NCBI RefSeq assembly: GCF_964204865.1 | Contig: NC_135256.1 | Location: 9,238,001-9,302,000 of the forward strand | DNA length: 64,000 nt | Reading direction: 5' to 3' | From: Styela clava | Lineage: Eukaryota | Shown: positions 44,014 to 56,965 of the stretch, one piece after another | Layout of the letters: every line of letters starts with the position of its first letter | Position numbering within the stretch: position 1 is the stretch's first letter | Position numbers and translations under genes: made by a program | The notes under the pieces: generated by a model | What the model was told of the DNA's origin: nothing | Seen by the model: only the letters and a program-made list of their open reading frames with translations | Databases searched by the model: none

Positions 44014-45043
44014 TCATCTGGGTATTTTAAACACCTTCACAGGAAGAGTTTTCTTATTCTTTGGCTCAGGTGGTGTGGCAAAGGTGAATATTTCCTGAGA
44101 AGTTAACGCGCTAGACCATATTCCTTGTCTTTTCCACTGCTGTTCCAAAGTTTCTCTCTCTTCACCTGGTATATCAGGGGGCTCTTGTTCCAAGCCAGCA
44201 GCTTTCCAAATACTGCAAAATAGGTATACTCATATCTATATACAGGCAACTGGCAGCCATATGTGGAATATTCAGAAGATTAAATAATATCAGAAATTGA
44301 AAATATTGTATGCTGATGCCACCAAAATAAAAGAGGAAAAAAAATGTCAAAACCAAGTGCCAAAAGTTATGCATCTCAATATATTGTATCTAATGTAACA
44401 TTGTAACGATTATGTACCTGAATCAAATTTTTTGCTAAAACTAGGCTTTCTCACTTTGCAATTTCATTCTTTACTTTTATTTCTTTCTTCTTTTGCTTAG
44501 CAGTTTCTTTGTGGGCTAGAAGAGTTTCGTTTCTTTTTCGCCACCTCAGATATCTTTGAAAAATGTTACAGAATAAGTTATTTCACCAGTTTAGAACACA
44601 TATGTCAATCAATCAATACATATTCATACAAACACACAAAAAACATGATACCTATGGTGCTTCATTCCTCTTCTTCTCCAATACTTATCTCTCTTATGAG
44701 CTTCAATTTTCGGCCTATTTCCCAAATTTGGATCAAGTAATGGAACTTTTGATTCATTTTCTGGCTCTATAACCTCCGGCATGATTGCAATTGGGATTCC
44801 AAAAATATAATTGTCCAGATTTCTTATAATAGATGGGGTTTTGTACACAAGAGATCCCTTGACAGGATCAATCATATCATTGTTTGGCACTGATTTCAGT
44901 CTGATATTATGAATATTCAGTAGTGCGATGTGAGAACATAATTTTGAAGTTGAGTGTGGTCCATGTAAATCCATTCCAAAATTTCTTGATATAAATTTAT
45001 TCAATGCACCAGCACATGACAAAGCAAACCTGCTAGGCTGCAT
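44014..45043 (-). CDS. AURKAIP1: Aurora kinase A-interacting protein / mitoribosomal mS38-like, 3 exons: 45043-44652, 44553-44455, 44212-44014
   Basis: RRRGMKHHRYLRWRKRN parallels RRRKMNHHKYRKL; IWKAAGLEQEP parallels IWLKAGLKEAP; splice phases consistent. Confidence 0.8.
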
Positions 45044-45590
45044 GATGCTGTACTAAAAGTCTCACAATTCCAAAGATACAGTAGACTACCGTATGTCAGT
45101 CTTGTAACAGCCAAAAACTGAACAATGTAAAAACAGTTAGTGGTCCTTTTCTATAGGTAGTGCCACCTGCAAATTTATTTCCTATTTATTTCCCCCCCCC
45201 CATTAACTCTTGAAACTGGTTTGCAGTTAAAATAAGATATCTAGCTGTTTCCGAGGAGGGTTGCCTACGCAGTACTAACAAACTTACCTGTAGGTAGGGT
45301 AACTAATTTTATTGAATTGATGAATAACAAATCTCTCTCTCATTATTCAATTTTCGGTCTTTTGGCTCTGACACTCGCTACCTGCCACACTTGGTTTAGA
45401 ACCAAAGTTACCCTAGCAGACATCTCTCAGCGGACATCTCTCTCGTTTTCGGAACGGTAAAATAGCGTTGCCAGAAAACGATTTAACATGGCACTCAAAT
45501 GCCGCGTCGGAAAAAAGGAAAGCTAGTCGCAAAGTACTTGCCAGATTTACGGCGAAATTTTGCTACACTCGGAATTACACAAAACATTAC

Positions 45591-48105
45591 ACATGGCCCA
45601 AACAGGAATTTTACATCAAAATTAATAAATATCAGTATTTCAACCCCAAATTCTGTACTTTTCGATTACGTGCCCCACTTTTGAATAAAATATCCTAGAA
45701 GAACATATTGTAAAGTAACCTCGAACCAAGTTTGAGAAAAAGTGTATGTCGGGAACATATATTAATATATTGTTAAACATGGCCCAAACAGGAATTTTAC
45801 ATAAAAATTAATAAATATCAGTATTTCAACCCCAAATTTTGTACTTTTCGATTATGTGCCCCACTTTTGAATAAAATATCGGCATTTTAACCAAAAATTC
45901 TGTACTATTTGATTACGTGCCCCACTTTCAGATAAGATATTTCAAAAAAAATACTGTGAAGTCATCTCGAACCAAGTTCCAGAAAAATTGTATGTCGGGA
46001 ACATATATTATTATCTTGTCAAACATGGCCCAAACAGGAATTTTACATCAAAATTAGTGAATATCGGCATTTTAACCCAAAATTTTGATCTTTTCGATTA
46101 CGTGCCCCACTTTCGAATAAAATATCCCAAAAGAACATATTGTGAAGTAGCCTCGAACCAAGTTTGAAAAAAATTGTATGTCGGGAACATATATTAATAT
46201 CTTGTTAAACATGGCCCAAACAGGAATTTTACATCAAAATTAGTAAATATCGGCATTTTAACCCAAAATTTTGGATTTTTCGATTACGTGCCCCACTTTT
46301 GAATAAAATATCCCAAAAGAACATATTGTGAAGTAACCTCGAACCAAGTTTGAGAAAAATTGTATGTCGGGAACATATAATAATATCCTGTTAAACATGG
46401 CCCAAACAGGAATTTTACATCAAAATTAATAAATATCAGTATTTCAACCCCAAATTTTGTACTTTTCGATTACGTGCCCCACTTTTGAATAAAATATCCT
46501 AGAAGAACATATTGTGAAGTAACCTCGAACCAAGTTTGAGAAAAATTGTATGTCGGGAACATATATTAATATATTGTTAAACATGGCCCAAACAGGAATT
46601 TTACATCAAAATTAGTGAATATCGGCATTTTATCCCAAAATTTTGGACTTTTCGATTACGTGCCCCACTTTTGAATAAAATATCCCAAAAGAACATATTG
46701 TGAAGTAACCTCGAACCAAGTTTGAGAAAAATTGTATTTCGGGAACATATATTAATATATTGTTAAACATGGCCCAAACAGGAATTTTACATCAAAATTA
46801 ATAAATATCAGTATTTCAACCCCAAATTTTGTACTTTTCGATTACGTGCCCCACTTTTGAATAAAATATCCTAGAAGAACATATTGTGAAGTAACCTCGA
46901 ACCAAGTTTGAGAAAAATTGTATGTCGGGAACATATATTAATATATTGTTAAACATGGCCCAAACAGGAATTTTACATCAAAATTAGTGAATATCGGCAT
47001 TTTAACCCAAAATTTTGGACTTTTCGATTACGTGCCCCACTTTTGAATAAAATATCCCAAAAGAACATATTGTGAATTAACCTCGAACCAAGTTTGAGAA
47101 AAATTGTATGTCGGGAACATATATTAATATCTTGTTAAACATGGCCCAAACAGGAATTTTACATCAAAATTAGTGAATATCGGCATTTTAACCCAAAATT
47201 TTGGACTTTTCGATTACGTGCCCAACTTTTGAATAAAATATCACAAAAGAACATATTGTGAAGTAACCTCGAACCAAGTTTGAGAAAAATTGTATGTCGG
47301 GAACATATAATAATATCTTGTTAAACATGGCCCAAACAGGAATTTTACATCAAAATTAATAAATATCAGTATTTCAACCCCAAATTTTGTACTTTTCGAT
47401 TACGTGCCCCCCTTTTGAATAAAATATCCTAGAAGAACATATTGTGAAGTAACCTCGAACCAAGTTTGAGAAAAATTGTATGTCGGAACATATATTAATA
47501 TCTTGTTAAACATGTCCCAAACAGGAATTTTACATCAAAATTAGTGAATATCGGCATTTCAACCCAAAATTTCGGACTTTTCGATTACGTGCCCCACTTT
47601 TGAATAAAATATCCCAAAAGAACATATTGTGAAGTAACCTCGAACCAAGTTTGAGAAGAATTGTATGTCGGGAACATATAATAATATCTTGTCAAACATG
47701 GCACAATCATGAATTTTACATCAAAATTAATAAATATCAGTATTTCAACCCCAAATTCTGGACTTTTCGATTACGTGCCCCACTTTTGAATAAAATATCC
47801 CAAGAGAACATATTGTGAAGTAACCTCGAACCATGTTTGAGAAAAATTGTATGTCGGGAACATATAATAATATCTTGTCAAACATGGCACAATCAAGAAT
47901 TTTACATCAAAATTAATAAATATCAGTATTTCAACCCCAAATTTTGGACTTTTCGATTACGTGCCCCACTTTTGAATAAAATATCCCAAAAAACATATTG
48001 TGAAGTAACCTCGAACCAAGGCTTTGGAAAATTGTATGTCGGGAACGTATAATATTATCTTGTCAAACATGGCCCAAACAAGAATCCGACTTAAAATTAA
48101 TAAAC
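45591..48105 (+). repeat. Tandem array of 186-bp units (13 full plus 1 partial), left arm of element 2
   Basis: Anchor ACATG at 45591, 45777, 46023, 46209, 46395, 46581, 46767, 46953, 47139, 47325, 47510, 47696, 47882 and 48067; two sequence variants interleave. Confidence 0.96.
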
Positions 48106-48467
48106 AACGCTATCACAACCCAGGATACTGTATACATTATAATGGCGTGCCTCAATTTAAGTAAGATAACATAAACGAATTGTGAAATCATCTCGTTCTT
48201 TCATACTAGGGATCTATCTTATATTTAAAAAAAATTTTTAAAATGGTTGGTCTTAGTAGAAAGCCACCACACCACGTCAAGGTGCCAACCATCGTGGCGG
48301 TTTTCATCTCAATATTATAGACTAGACCAAGAGAGAAAAACCTGGCAAAGGGCATGTTAAGCCAAATAGGTAAAACAGACTGATCCTTAGTCTGACTTGA
48401 ACGATGTACCTAAAAAAAATGAGAATGTAAATGATCATATCTAGTTGAATATTGCTTTGCATGTAAT

Positions 48468-51080
48468 TTAGCATCGAATGCACTTTTTGCAATTCCATTC
48501 TATTTCGCTGTTTTCCAGTGCCTCAACTGGCACTGAAATACTACAACATTTCGGATGGTACCATTTTAAACATGAAGTGCATTCGATCATGGTCTGATTT
48601 TCAATGTAAGACAGTTGGCAGTTGCAAAAAATCGGAATTTCCAATCGCCTGGGCGCGGGTATAACACGTTTCTTGTTGATGTTAAATACCGACGAAAAAT
48701 TTTCAGAGACTACACCATCGCATATTTTCTTCCTAAGATTTTTCTCGTCAAATAGGATATGCTCTGGTCGTATTTTGTTACATATAGGGCTATGCAAAAA
48801 CTAATCGAGAATGGGCCACATGATGCACCTAAAGTTTGTTGCTGGACAACGGGGAATTCAATTTGTACTTTATTTGTTTATTCCTTGCCTTGGCCGCATA
48901 AGAAGCGAAATCGCATATTTGTCATTTTCATTGTACTTCATATAGGAGCTATCATAAATCTGTATAGTATTTTGGTCGGCGGTGAATATATTTGATGCTG
49001 TTACCCAGTGATTTTCGTGCACAAATAAAATTTGAACAAATTTTTCAGAAGGAACATACACTTTAGGGCCAGATAGCGTTGTATAAAAAGTCGTGCTTTG
49101 CAACCCGTCTATTTCAGAATACCGAGATGACAAAATTAATTGTGCGGTGTTCATAATATCCGAGGTAAACCAGTCTCTTCTAAAATTAGTTTTGGAATTC
49201 ATTATTTTATGATCGACATCAGATAAATGTACAAATTTTTGGAATGGAATTTTCGGTGAGACGAACCGCAACATCATAGATTGTGTAGTAGACGCTTCGT
49301 CAGCTTTTATTAGAATTGGGCTATCGTTATTAGAAAGTTCTTGAGGGCGAAACATCTTTAGAGGTCTAATGGGGGGCTGAAGATACACTCCTTTACATTT
49401 GTCTTTACCCTGAATTCGGGATCGTTTACTCCATTTCTCAATTTCTTGGTCAATTTGGTCATTGTTTTCAACTTTCCTTTTTTTTGGACAAACAATCAAA
49501 TTATCTTCATATTCCCTAATCAAAGAGTCATGGAGTTCATCATAAACTATAGCAATCTCGTCAAGACGTTTAAATCGTCTGTTGTTTAAACGAGTTCGCT
49601 TTAGTTCCTGCTGACTTTTTTCCATGATTCCCTGAGTGCGATTATCTCGCGATATGTTTTGTTTCTCAGAAGCTGAGACTCTTGCATAAAAAGTCGAATA
49701 TTTCAAATAGCCAATTGAATTACCATATCTTCCCAAATCACCTACCATCAAACTTCCCCAGAGACATATCTTCGGGACATAGAACGTTTTAAATTTGGAC
49801 AATATTTCCGGGCAGTAAAAATTGTTGGAACCCAAAATTTCTGCATTACTTGCTATTTCAATGGCTGACGAAATGTCGCAATTCCTTAATTCCGTAAAAG
49901 GATTTATCTCGCTCAAATCTTCACCTGCTAAAAGTTCATCCGATGTCCCTAGGTCTAATTCACCATCAGAAGGCACAGGAATGTTCTGTTTTTCAATTTG
50001 CTTTTGCAAGTAAGTCCAACTATCATGCATAAGATTAGAATTTTGGCAAATTAATAAAATAGTGAAATGATAAACAATTTTACGGACTGTTTTCAACTCT
50101 CCGCAACAAACGAGTAGTCCAAATATATGCATTAGTTCACGTTTTAATTTTGGTAGTCTACAAGCTAACTGTTTAAAATTCTTCATGGTATGACTCGTGC
50201 ATAAATGAAGAAAGGGGCGTGAAAGCATATCTAAATTTGCGGTACCTTCAATGACAGCGTAACATCGCGAAATGTACGATTCCAAACTTTTCCGCATGTT
50301 AACCTAAATTATTGACTTTATAAGGGCCATGCTTCCATCGCATATAAAAATTTTCGCGGGGAATCTTTTAGTTAGTTTGGAAACATCACAACGGAATTGC
50401 ATGAGAGAGTTCGAAATATTTGGAATATTGTGCCGATTTGTTACAAACGTGGCAACGGCCAGGGGTGATTTGCCTTTTTGTGGATGACGCGTAACAATTT
50501 CATAAACGTAGTATGGACTATGCCCACCGGACGCCAAAATTCCACCAGTAGCGTCAATGTATATAATGTCAATAGAGGAATTTTGAATGAATTTTTTTAC
50601 CGAAGCCTCTGACCAAAACATAATACCCGAAGGAACCCTTGAAATTTGCTGCAAGGTTCCACGAATTACTTGATTTTTGGACCTTTCGTACTGCAACTTC
50701 CTCAGTGAATATAGCGAATCCCATTGGTTGCCGGGGTCGGGGACACGGATAACCCTAGATTCATGACGTGCCTTTTTTAAAACAGCTTGGAATGGGGCAT
50801 CGTCCCTGTTACCAGAATGAAAGACTTCAGACGAGAGAGCACCTATCTTTTTTGAATAAATCTTACGAGGGAGAACATGAACCAATTTTTCCTGAAACTC
50901 TTTCCTACGTTTACCTTTAAGTCTCATTGATTTTAACCCAATATGGCGAATCTTGCCTGTGTATGAAATATGAAACATGCGGGGGTCTTTCCGATAGGAT
51001 ACTACAGAAATTTTACGACTGCAACCTGTAAAGCAACAATGCCCACTACAAGCAAAAAGTGGGGCACGTGATCGAAAAGT
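48468..51080 (-). pseudogene. Disrupted MULE/NOF-like DDE transposase fused to a Ulp1-like (C48) protease and a PHD finger
   Basis: Zn-finger-like GHCCFTGC..YTGKIRH; IYIDATG (D1), ICDGSMAL (D2), CTSH (CxxH), RTQGIMEK (E); protease NHWVT, IYDS, QQTLGASCG; PHD FCNC..IECTSCLKWYHPKC..WNCKKC. In-frame TAG at 50304-50306 and two frameshifts near 48875 and 48785. Confidence 0.88.
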
Positions 51081-51640
51081 TCAAAATTTTGGGTTAAAAT
51101 GCCGATATTCACTAATTTTGATGTAAAATTCCTGTTTGGGCCAAGTTTAACAAGATATTAATATATGTTCCCGACATACAATTTTTCTCAAACTTGGTTT
51201 GAGGTTACTTCACAATATGTTCTTCTAGGATATTTTATTCAAAAGTGGGGCACGTAATCGAAAAGTACAAAATTTGGGGTTGAAATACTGATATTTATTA
51301 ATTTTGATGTAAAATTCCTGTTTGGGCCATGTTTAACAAGATATTATTATATATTCTCGACATACAATTTTTCTGAAACTTGGTTCCAAATGACTTCACA
51401 ATATGTTTTTTTGAGATATCTTATCTAAAAGTGGGGCACCTAATCGAAAAGTACAGAATTTGGGGTTAAAATGCCGACATTTATTAATTTTAATGTGAAA
51501 TTTCTTTTTGGCCATGTTTGACAATGTAATATTACATGTTCCCAACATATAAATTTCATAAAACTTGAATTAGGATGACTTCAATATAAGTTCTTTTTTT
51601 ATATCATCTTCAAAAATCTGCCCGGCCATCGGAAATCACA
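51056..51640 (-). repeat. Inverted 186-bp array (about 3 units), right arm of element 2
   Basis: Reverse complement of the left unit (AAAAGTGGGGCAC) at ~51056, 51241 and 51427, diverging toward the TIR. Confidence 0.9.
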
Positions 51641-54256
51641 GATAAGTTTCGTGTAATTCCGAGTGTAGCAAAATTTCGCCGTAAATCTGGCAAGTACTTT
51701 GCGACTAGCTTTCCTTTTTTCCGATGCGGCATTTAAGTGCCATGTTAAATCGTTTTCTGGCAACGCTATTTTACCGTTCCGAAAACGAGAGAGATGTCCG
51801 CTGAGAGATGTCTGCTAGGGTAACTTTGGTTGGTTTAGAGTGGAAGATACGGTAAAACGGCGCGAGACATATCTCCATACGACCCCTCCAAATAGAAGAC
51901 AAAAAAATCAATTCACCGTGCCAGAGCATCGACTTCCTTGTTTACTTCGTGACATTGGCTAATCAGAAAAATGCAAAAAGTGACGTAACAAGGCTCCCGC
52001 TCCGACCAGAGACAATGTATAACAATTTGTTGTTATGTAAAATCTATGCTCAGACACTTCCTCACTCTGATAGATTTTCAAGCGTGGTCGTAAACATTAC
52101 CTCGTTTTCGCGTTTTTGAACTCTATTCGTTAGTTTTCTGTTGTGTTTTGGAAACCCAAATATAAATCAGATAACTCAATGATCATTCTGTCTTCCTAGG
52201 AGTTTTAATTTAATTGCAGTAATAAAAAATAAGTGTAGAAATAGCTGTATAAGAAGAATTTTTCGGGGGTCAAAGGACGGGGAAAGGTCCATAGTGGTGG
52301 TAGTCTTTTAGGGATAAATTCGTTATTTCAAGTAAAATTTATAAAAAGACTGAAAATTGCTTATTTCGAAATTCTCCAAATTCATAAATTAGATCGATAA
52401 AGAGCCCGTTGTAAAGGTCTTGTATTAGGAGTCAAGTCGTCTGGATCGGTGTCGTGTCGTCATGTCTTCATCGTTTGTGCTCCGTGTGTATCTACAATAT
52501 TAAACTACATCAACAACGTTCAACAACATGTTCCTATATGCTACATGTTCTTAACTGGCTAAAGTCTGAACGTCACATTAACATTGGTTAATCTGCAAGA
52601 CGATATCGTCGAGATATAAGCCGCTCGAACAGTATAGCCAGAGACATGTTTGTGAACGCTCTCTCAGCTACGCTCTGGGTGGAGTCGTCAAACAAACCAC
52701 GACATGACACGCATTGATCCAGCAATGCAGCAATAAGGGATATCTGCCCTGAGTGCGGAACCGGCCCGCATGACGTCCCACATCTATTTATATGTTCCGC
52801 CAAACCAACACACTTATCCACAAGGGACCTGTGGGAGAGTCCGGTCGAAGCCGCCGTGTTCCTGGGTCTTCAAACACAAAACAACGGAACATTATCTCGT
52901 GTTTATGGGTTTGTCATTGTTAATTGACGGGAAGAGAGAAGCCGATAAGATGGTTTAATTATGTGGCGAATCGCGGTCTCTCGTTCGGCTACCAGTCCAT
53001 TTCGGTATGAGATGGTTATCCAGTTATTTGATTCAAATGCACGAACTTGTATTTCTGAAATGCATCAATTCAAGGCGTTTTAGTTTAGCAGCAGTGATCA
53101 AAAAGTAGTCCCGTAAAAAGCCATTTTAAAATTAGTTAAATGGCAGGTGGGCAAATCTTTCGAAATAAAAGAATGAATATGTAAGCAACTCGCAGATAAA
53201 GCATAAAAGTCCTTAACATATATATGGGAAGAATTTTTCGAAGTTTAGGGATCCGGTGACATAAATTCAGGCGGTTTACAAGACACAGGCCAGGTTTTTG
53301 TGTCCAGAACGTTAAACGTTTACTAAAGCTACAAGGACAAGTAAGCGTAGGCTACCCTCTTCGAGGTTGGCTGGCAATTCTGATAGTAAGGGTTCGTCTC
53401 CTCTGTGGCCTATGGAGTTTTTCTTAAATCTCACATTTTTGCATTAGGGGCGGGGGCCTTGTACAAAAGACCCGGATTGTCAACTCTTGGCCTATAGGCT
53501 ATTGGTACTAGGGGTGACCAGCCTACTTTCGACCGCGATAGACTAAAGCTTGCGATCGACTGATCGGTCATAAGGTCATACACGAAAACGAACGAGTACT
53601 GAATATTCAGATAACTGCAATCGTGCAAAAAAAAGTTACATCGCTGCCAATAAACTGGGCTCTGTGAGCACATTCTTAATGAAATCGGCACAAAATTTGT
53701 ATTTTCCATGTTCCATTTGATTTGTTGATTTGATTATGTAATTGTACCATATTTATTCGAATCATACAATTCAGATCCAGCCTAATTTTTAGTCGTAGGT
53801 ATTGAAAATTCCTCAAAAACCTTGCCAAGTGTCCATGTACTATCTATTCTAAACGACGGAAACTAGATGTGCCGCGGCGCACTATAGAGCACTATATGGG
53901 AACCATCGCAATATGCCACAAGCAAAATGAGTGGATTATACATGAGAGAAAGGTAGACAGACTGGTGTAACTTTATGCCTAATCGTCTAAAATTCACTAA
54001 TAGTTCCTTCCTTAACTAATATAATGATTTGAGTTATCACATAAACTGAGCACCGAAGATGTGTATCTGCTGAGCATTTCAATAAGACAACAAAACACTG
54101 CCCAATGAGAAGTAAAAATACGGAGATACGAAAAGTAATAGCCGTTTTGGAATATATTTTTATGTGCTGGGTGGCGCGACAGCAATTTGTATATGAAGTG
54201 GGTTCGGACCAGTATGTTATGTGATATCCACGCTGGATCGAGAAGTTAACTCTATC

Positions 54257-55198
54257 CACTTTTGTCTGAACAAAAACATCTAGATCGACCTCAAAAACAT
54301 CTAAAAATGTAGATTGGAAAACAAAACACCCAAAAAATATATATAAACATGAACTTACTAACAAAAGTACAAATAGTTCATTATATTACATCATAGTAGA
54401 TTTCGAAGATCATTTGAAGTTGATGTTGTTGCTTCATAGGGATTTTTATGTTTCTGCTGTAGATATTTTTTTGAAACCAAAACAGGGTTTCTATATGACG
54501 TGCAACATTGTTTATTTGGAATTGGGTTAAATTTAATGATGACTAGTATTGCATTGAGTGAATCTATCTTCCTGCTGTTTCTTAGTTTTTTTTTTTTCAT
54601 GGGTATTGCACTTTTTCAACATCAGCATTTAAATGACGTAGTAACATTGCTGGCCTACATTGCTGTTGCCGTGTTATTGTTCCACTTTCTGACTTTACAA
54701 GGTTGAAGTTTTGTAGCTGACTTTCTGTCCTGCCGATAATGTTTTTTAGGATAGCTAGGTTTTATGACAGCTGACAGAATGTATGTTGTAGACTCGTATG
54801 TTGCTGACAGAAAAGGAAGAGACGATTTTTAAAACAGTCAAATTTGCAGGTAGTCTCTATTTCAGCTATTTATGTGATATACTGAAGATAAAAAAAACTT
54901 CGTCATGTACTTTATACTTATATTTTTACTATATACGTTATGCTTTCTCCAGTTTTTTAATCTCTTGGATTTCATATCAGGCATATGATTTGAGTTTTAT
55001 TAACCTTACATCTAATTCTTAATACTATTCGTTTAACAATTATACACATCGTTTTGTTTATTTCTCACTGAATAACATTTAAAACGTTGAAAAAAATCTA
55101 GATTTTATTGCTAACATCTAGACTCCAAATATTACATCTAGACCATCTTGAACAAAACATCTAGATCCAGCTATAAAACATCTAAAGTGGCAGCCCTG
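54257..55198. mobile_element. hAT-type MITE with a deleted left tip
   Basis: Right end GTGGCAGCCCTG; 8-bp direct repeat ACTCTATC at 54249-54256 and 55199-55206; multiple ACATCTAGA subterminal motifs at both ends. Confidence 0.7.
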
Positions 55199-55533
55199 AC
55201 TCTATCACGTCATATAATCAGGTTTTCTGGTTCCGACACCTACATACACCGAGCCCTGGAGCAATTTTCATATCTCCACAGTATACTCATTAATTCTACA
55301 CCGGATGGTGTGGATTCTGTAGAATAATGAATAAAATTCGCAACTCGTTTTATATGGATTTATATGCTAGATCGTTCGTTATCGTTCTAATCAGTTTCTC
55401 AAGGAAACTTTATAGAGGACTTGCTCGGGTCACGTGACCTTGTTTACTGGACGGCAATAAAACAAAAACGTCCATTTGGCTCCTGTCAGTTGCAAGTCAG
55501 ATTATACGTTTCCGTTTTGTTTGGCTGTTGAAA

Positions 55534-55745
55534 ATAGTTATTTCGTATTGTTCCGCTGGCTGTACGTATAGTATAGACAACGAAATGTATCTTCAGTTAT
55601 ATTCTACTGTTTTCAGAAGATCCGGAACATCGCGCAATGTGGATATCATCTATTGGCAGTACTGCTTGGTGTCAAGTCCAGAAGCCATCTCACTTGTGTT
55701 TCACTATTTGCGGACAGCCCTTATCAATTTTTTAAATATTCACAA
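55534..55745 (+). pseudogene. THAP domain remnant inside the left TIR (start ATG>ATA)
   Basis: Inverted copy of 58116-58322: IVISYCSAGCT.., EDPEHRAMWI. Confidence 0.65.
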
Positions 55746-55851
55746 GCTTCCTTATTTCAATGGAAAGCGATGACAAACTAGTAAGTGTGTAAAGTAAACT
55801 ATTATAAAGTGTGAAAAGTTGAATAGATAACTAAAGTTTGGATTCTCCATC

Positions 55852-56050
55852 TAAGAATACGCTCGCCACCGCATGTCTGATCCCCCTGGTAGCTTCACAG
55901 GTTCCAATCCCATGCGGGGATAGTTATGTGCGAGGGGATTGCAGCTCTCCTCCCACTGAGGGTGGTTCACACGACCGCTGGTCGATTACGACATCCCCCA
56001 CCATCAAGTCCATGCTTCTAAAACAAATAACTGGCTAACTAATCCCGACA
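55852..56050 (+). mobile_element. SINE fragment within the left arm of the ISL2EU element
   Basis: GAATACGCTCGCCACC...GGTTCCAATCCCATG...AAGTCCATGCTTC matches the 27530-27867 SINE. Confidence 0.75.
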
Positions 56051-56439
56051 TAGAATGGTAATCGTACGATGTTGCACCTTGCAATCTGTCCCCAACCACA
56101 GATAAATTCTATCCTAAAAACTACCTACATTGGTAGGCATAGTTGCATTTTAAATTGAAAGAAATCTTCATTAATGGTCAGAAGGTGTTGTCTGATTGTT
56201 TTATTAGTTAGCAGGTAATTTATTACTGATCTGATACACAAATTTGGCACTGTCAAATGATGATTAGTGTTTAATTTATTTTCAAGAAAAAGGGAAGATA
56301 ACCCATTATCAGCTGCTTATATGTCCCATCGATATTTGAATTTTCGCCATCTCCAGAGAGGAAGAGAATAGTTAGAAAAGGGGGGATTTTGAAGAAAGGC
56401 AAAAGGCAGGACCATTTCAACAAATTCTGTTAACTTGTA

Positions 56440-56965
56440 CGCGTTGCAATATTACTTTGCAGTTGTTAGCATAAACATTTAATGTGTCTTTCGACTAGAC
56501 CTACCACACTTTAAAATAAGCCGCCTACACCCCTTTTCACTAGAACCATAATACTGTAAAATATTTGATAGAAATTACCCCTGAGGCATCATATCTTCCA
56601 TTTGAAAGGGCTGTGGAGGCAGATACATTTTTTACTCTAAATTATGGAATGTTACTTGCAGGTTATCTTATCCTTGCTTATAGATATCTTGAGGTCAGTG
56701 ACTCCAACTGACCCATGCATGCCACACTGAAAATTCTCTTGTGTACCGATAAAATTAGGCTGTTGGAGCCTTCAGACCTTGAAAACAGTCGAATCTGAGC
56801 ACGATGGATTCATGTGAAACACGTAATATGCATTTATAGGCAAAAATATCCCATCCTGAGCAGCACCGATCCACAACCTCCTGCCTATGGAATCAAAACA
56901 TTAGACAAATTGGTGTACTGTGCGCATTCACGAATCTTTGCGAATCAAGTGTGCCTTTTGACTAA
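56440..56965 (+). pseudogene. Decayed ISL2EU / DDE_Tnp_4-type transposase C-terminal half
   Basis: Across frameshifts: HNTVKYLIEITP, IISSI*KGCGGR, LLAGYLILAYR (cf. PGD.ILADRG), WIHVKHVI..RQKYPIL (cf. RIHVERVIG), LDKLV, CAFTNLCESSVPFD*. Confidence 0.8.

Larger units (their letters stand above)
45401..51830 (-). mobile_element. Foldback Mutator-like (NOF/Phantom-type) DNA transposon
   Basis: ~182-bp near-perfect terminal IR (ACCAAAGTTACCCTAGCAGAC...); 9-bp TSD TGGTTTAGA (45392-45400, 51831-51839); inverted 186-bp arrays; internal MULE-type transposase. Confidence 0.93.

Noticed and set aside
45591-48105. Possible CRISPR-like array or free-standing centromeric satellite
   Set aside because: No unique spacers; the array is enclosed by TIRs and a 9-bp TSD and mirrored on the other arm
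50304-50306. Programmed stop readthrough in the transposase
   Set aside because: Further frameshifts downstream make a simple nonsense mutation more parsimonious
55288-55331. Short palindrome TCATT.ATTCTACA...TGTAGAATAATGA
   Set aside because: Single AT-rich hairpin between transposon fragments; no second copy or functional context
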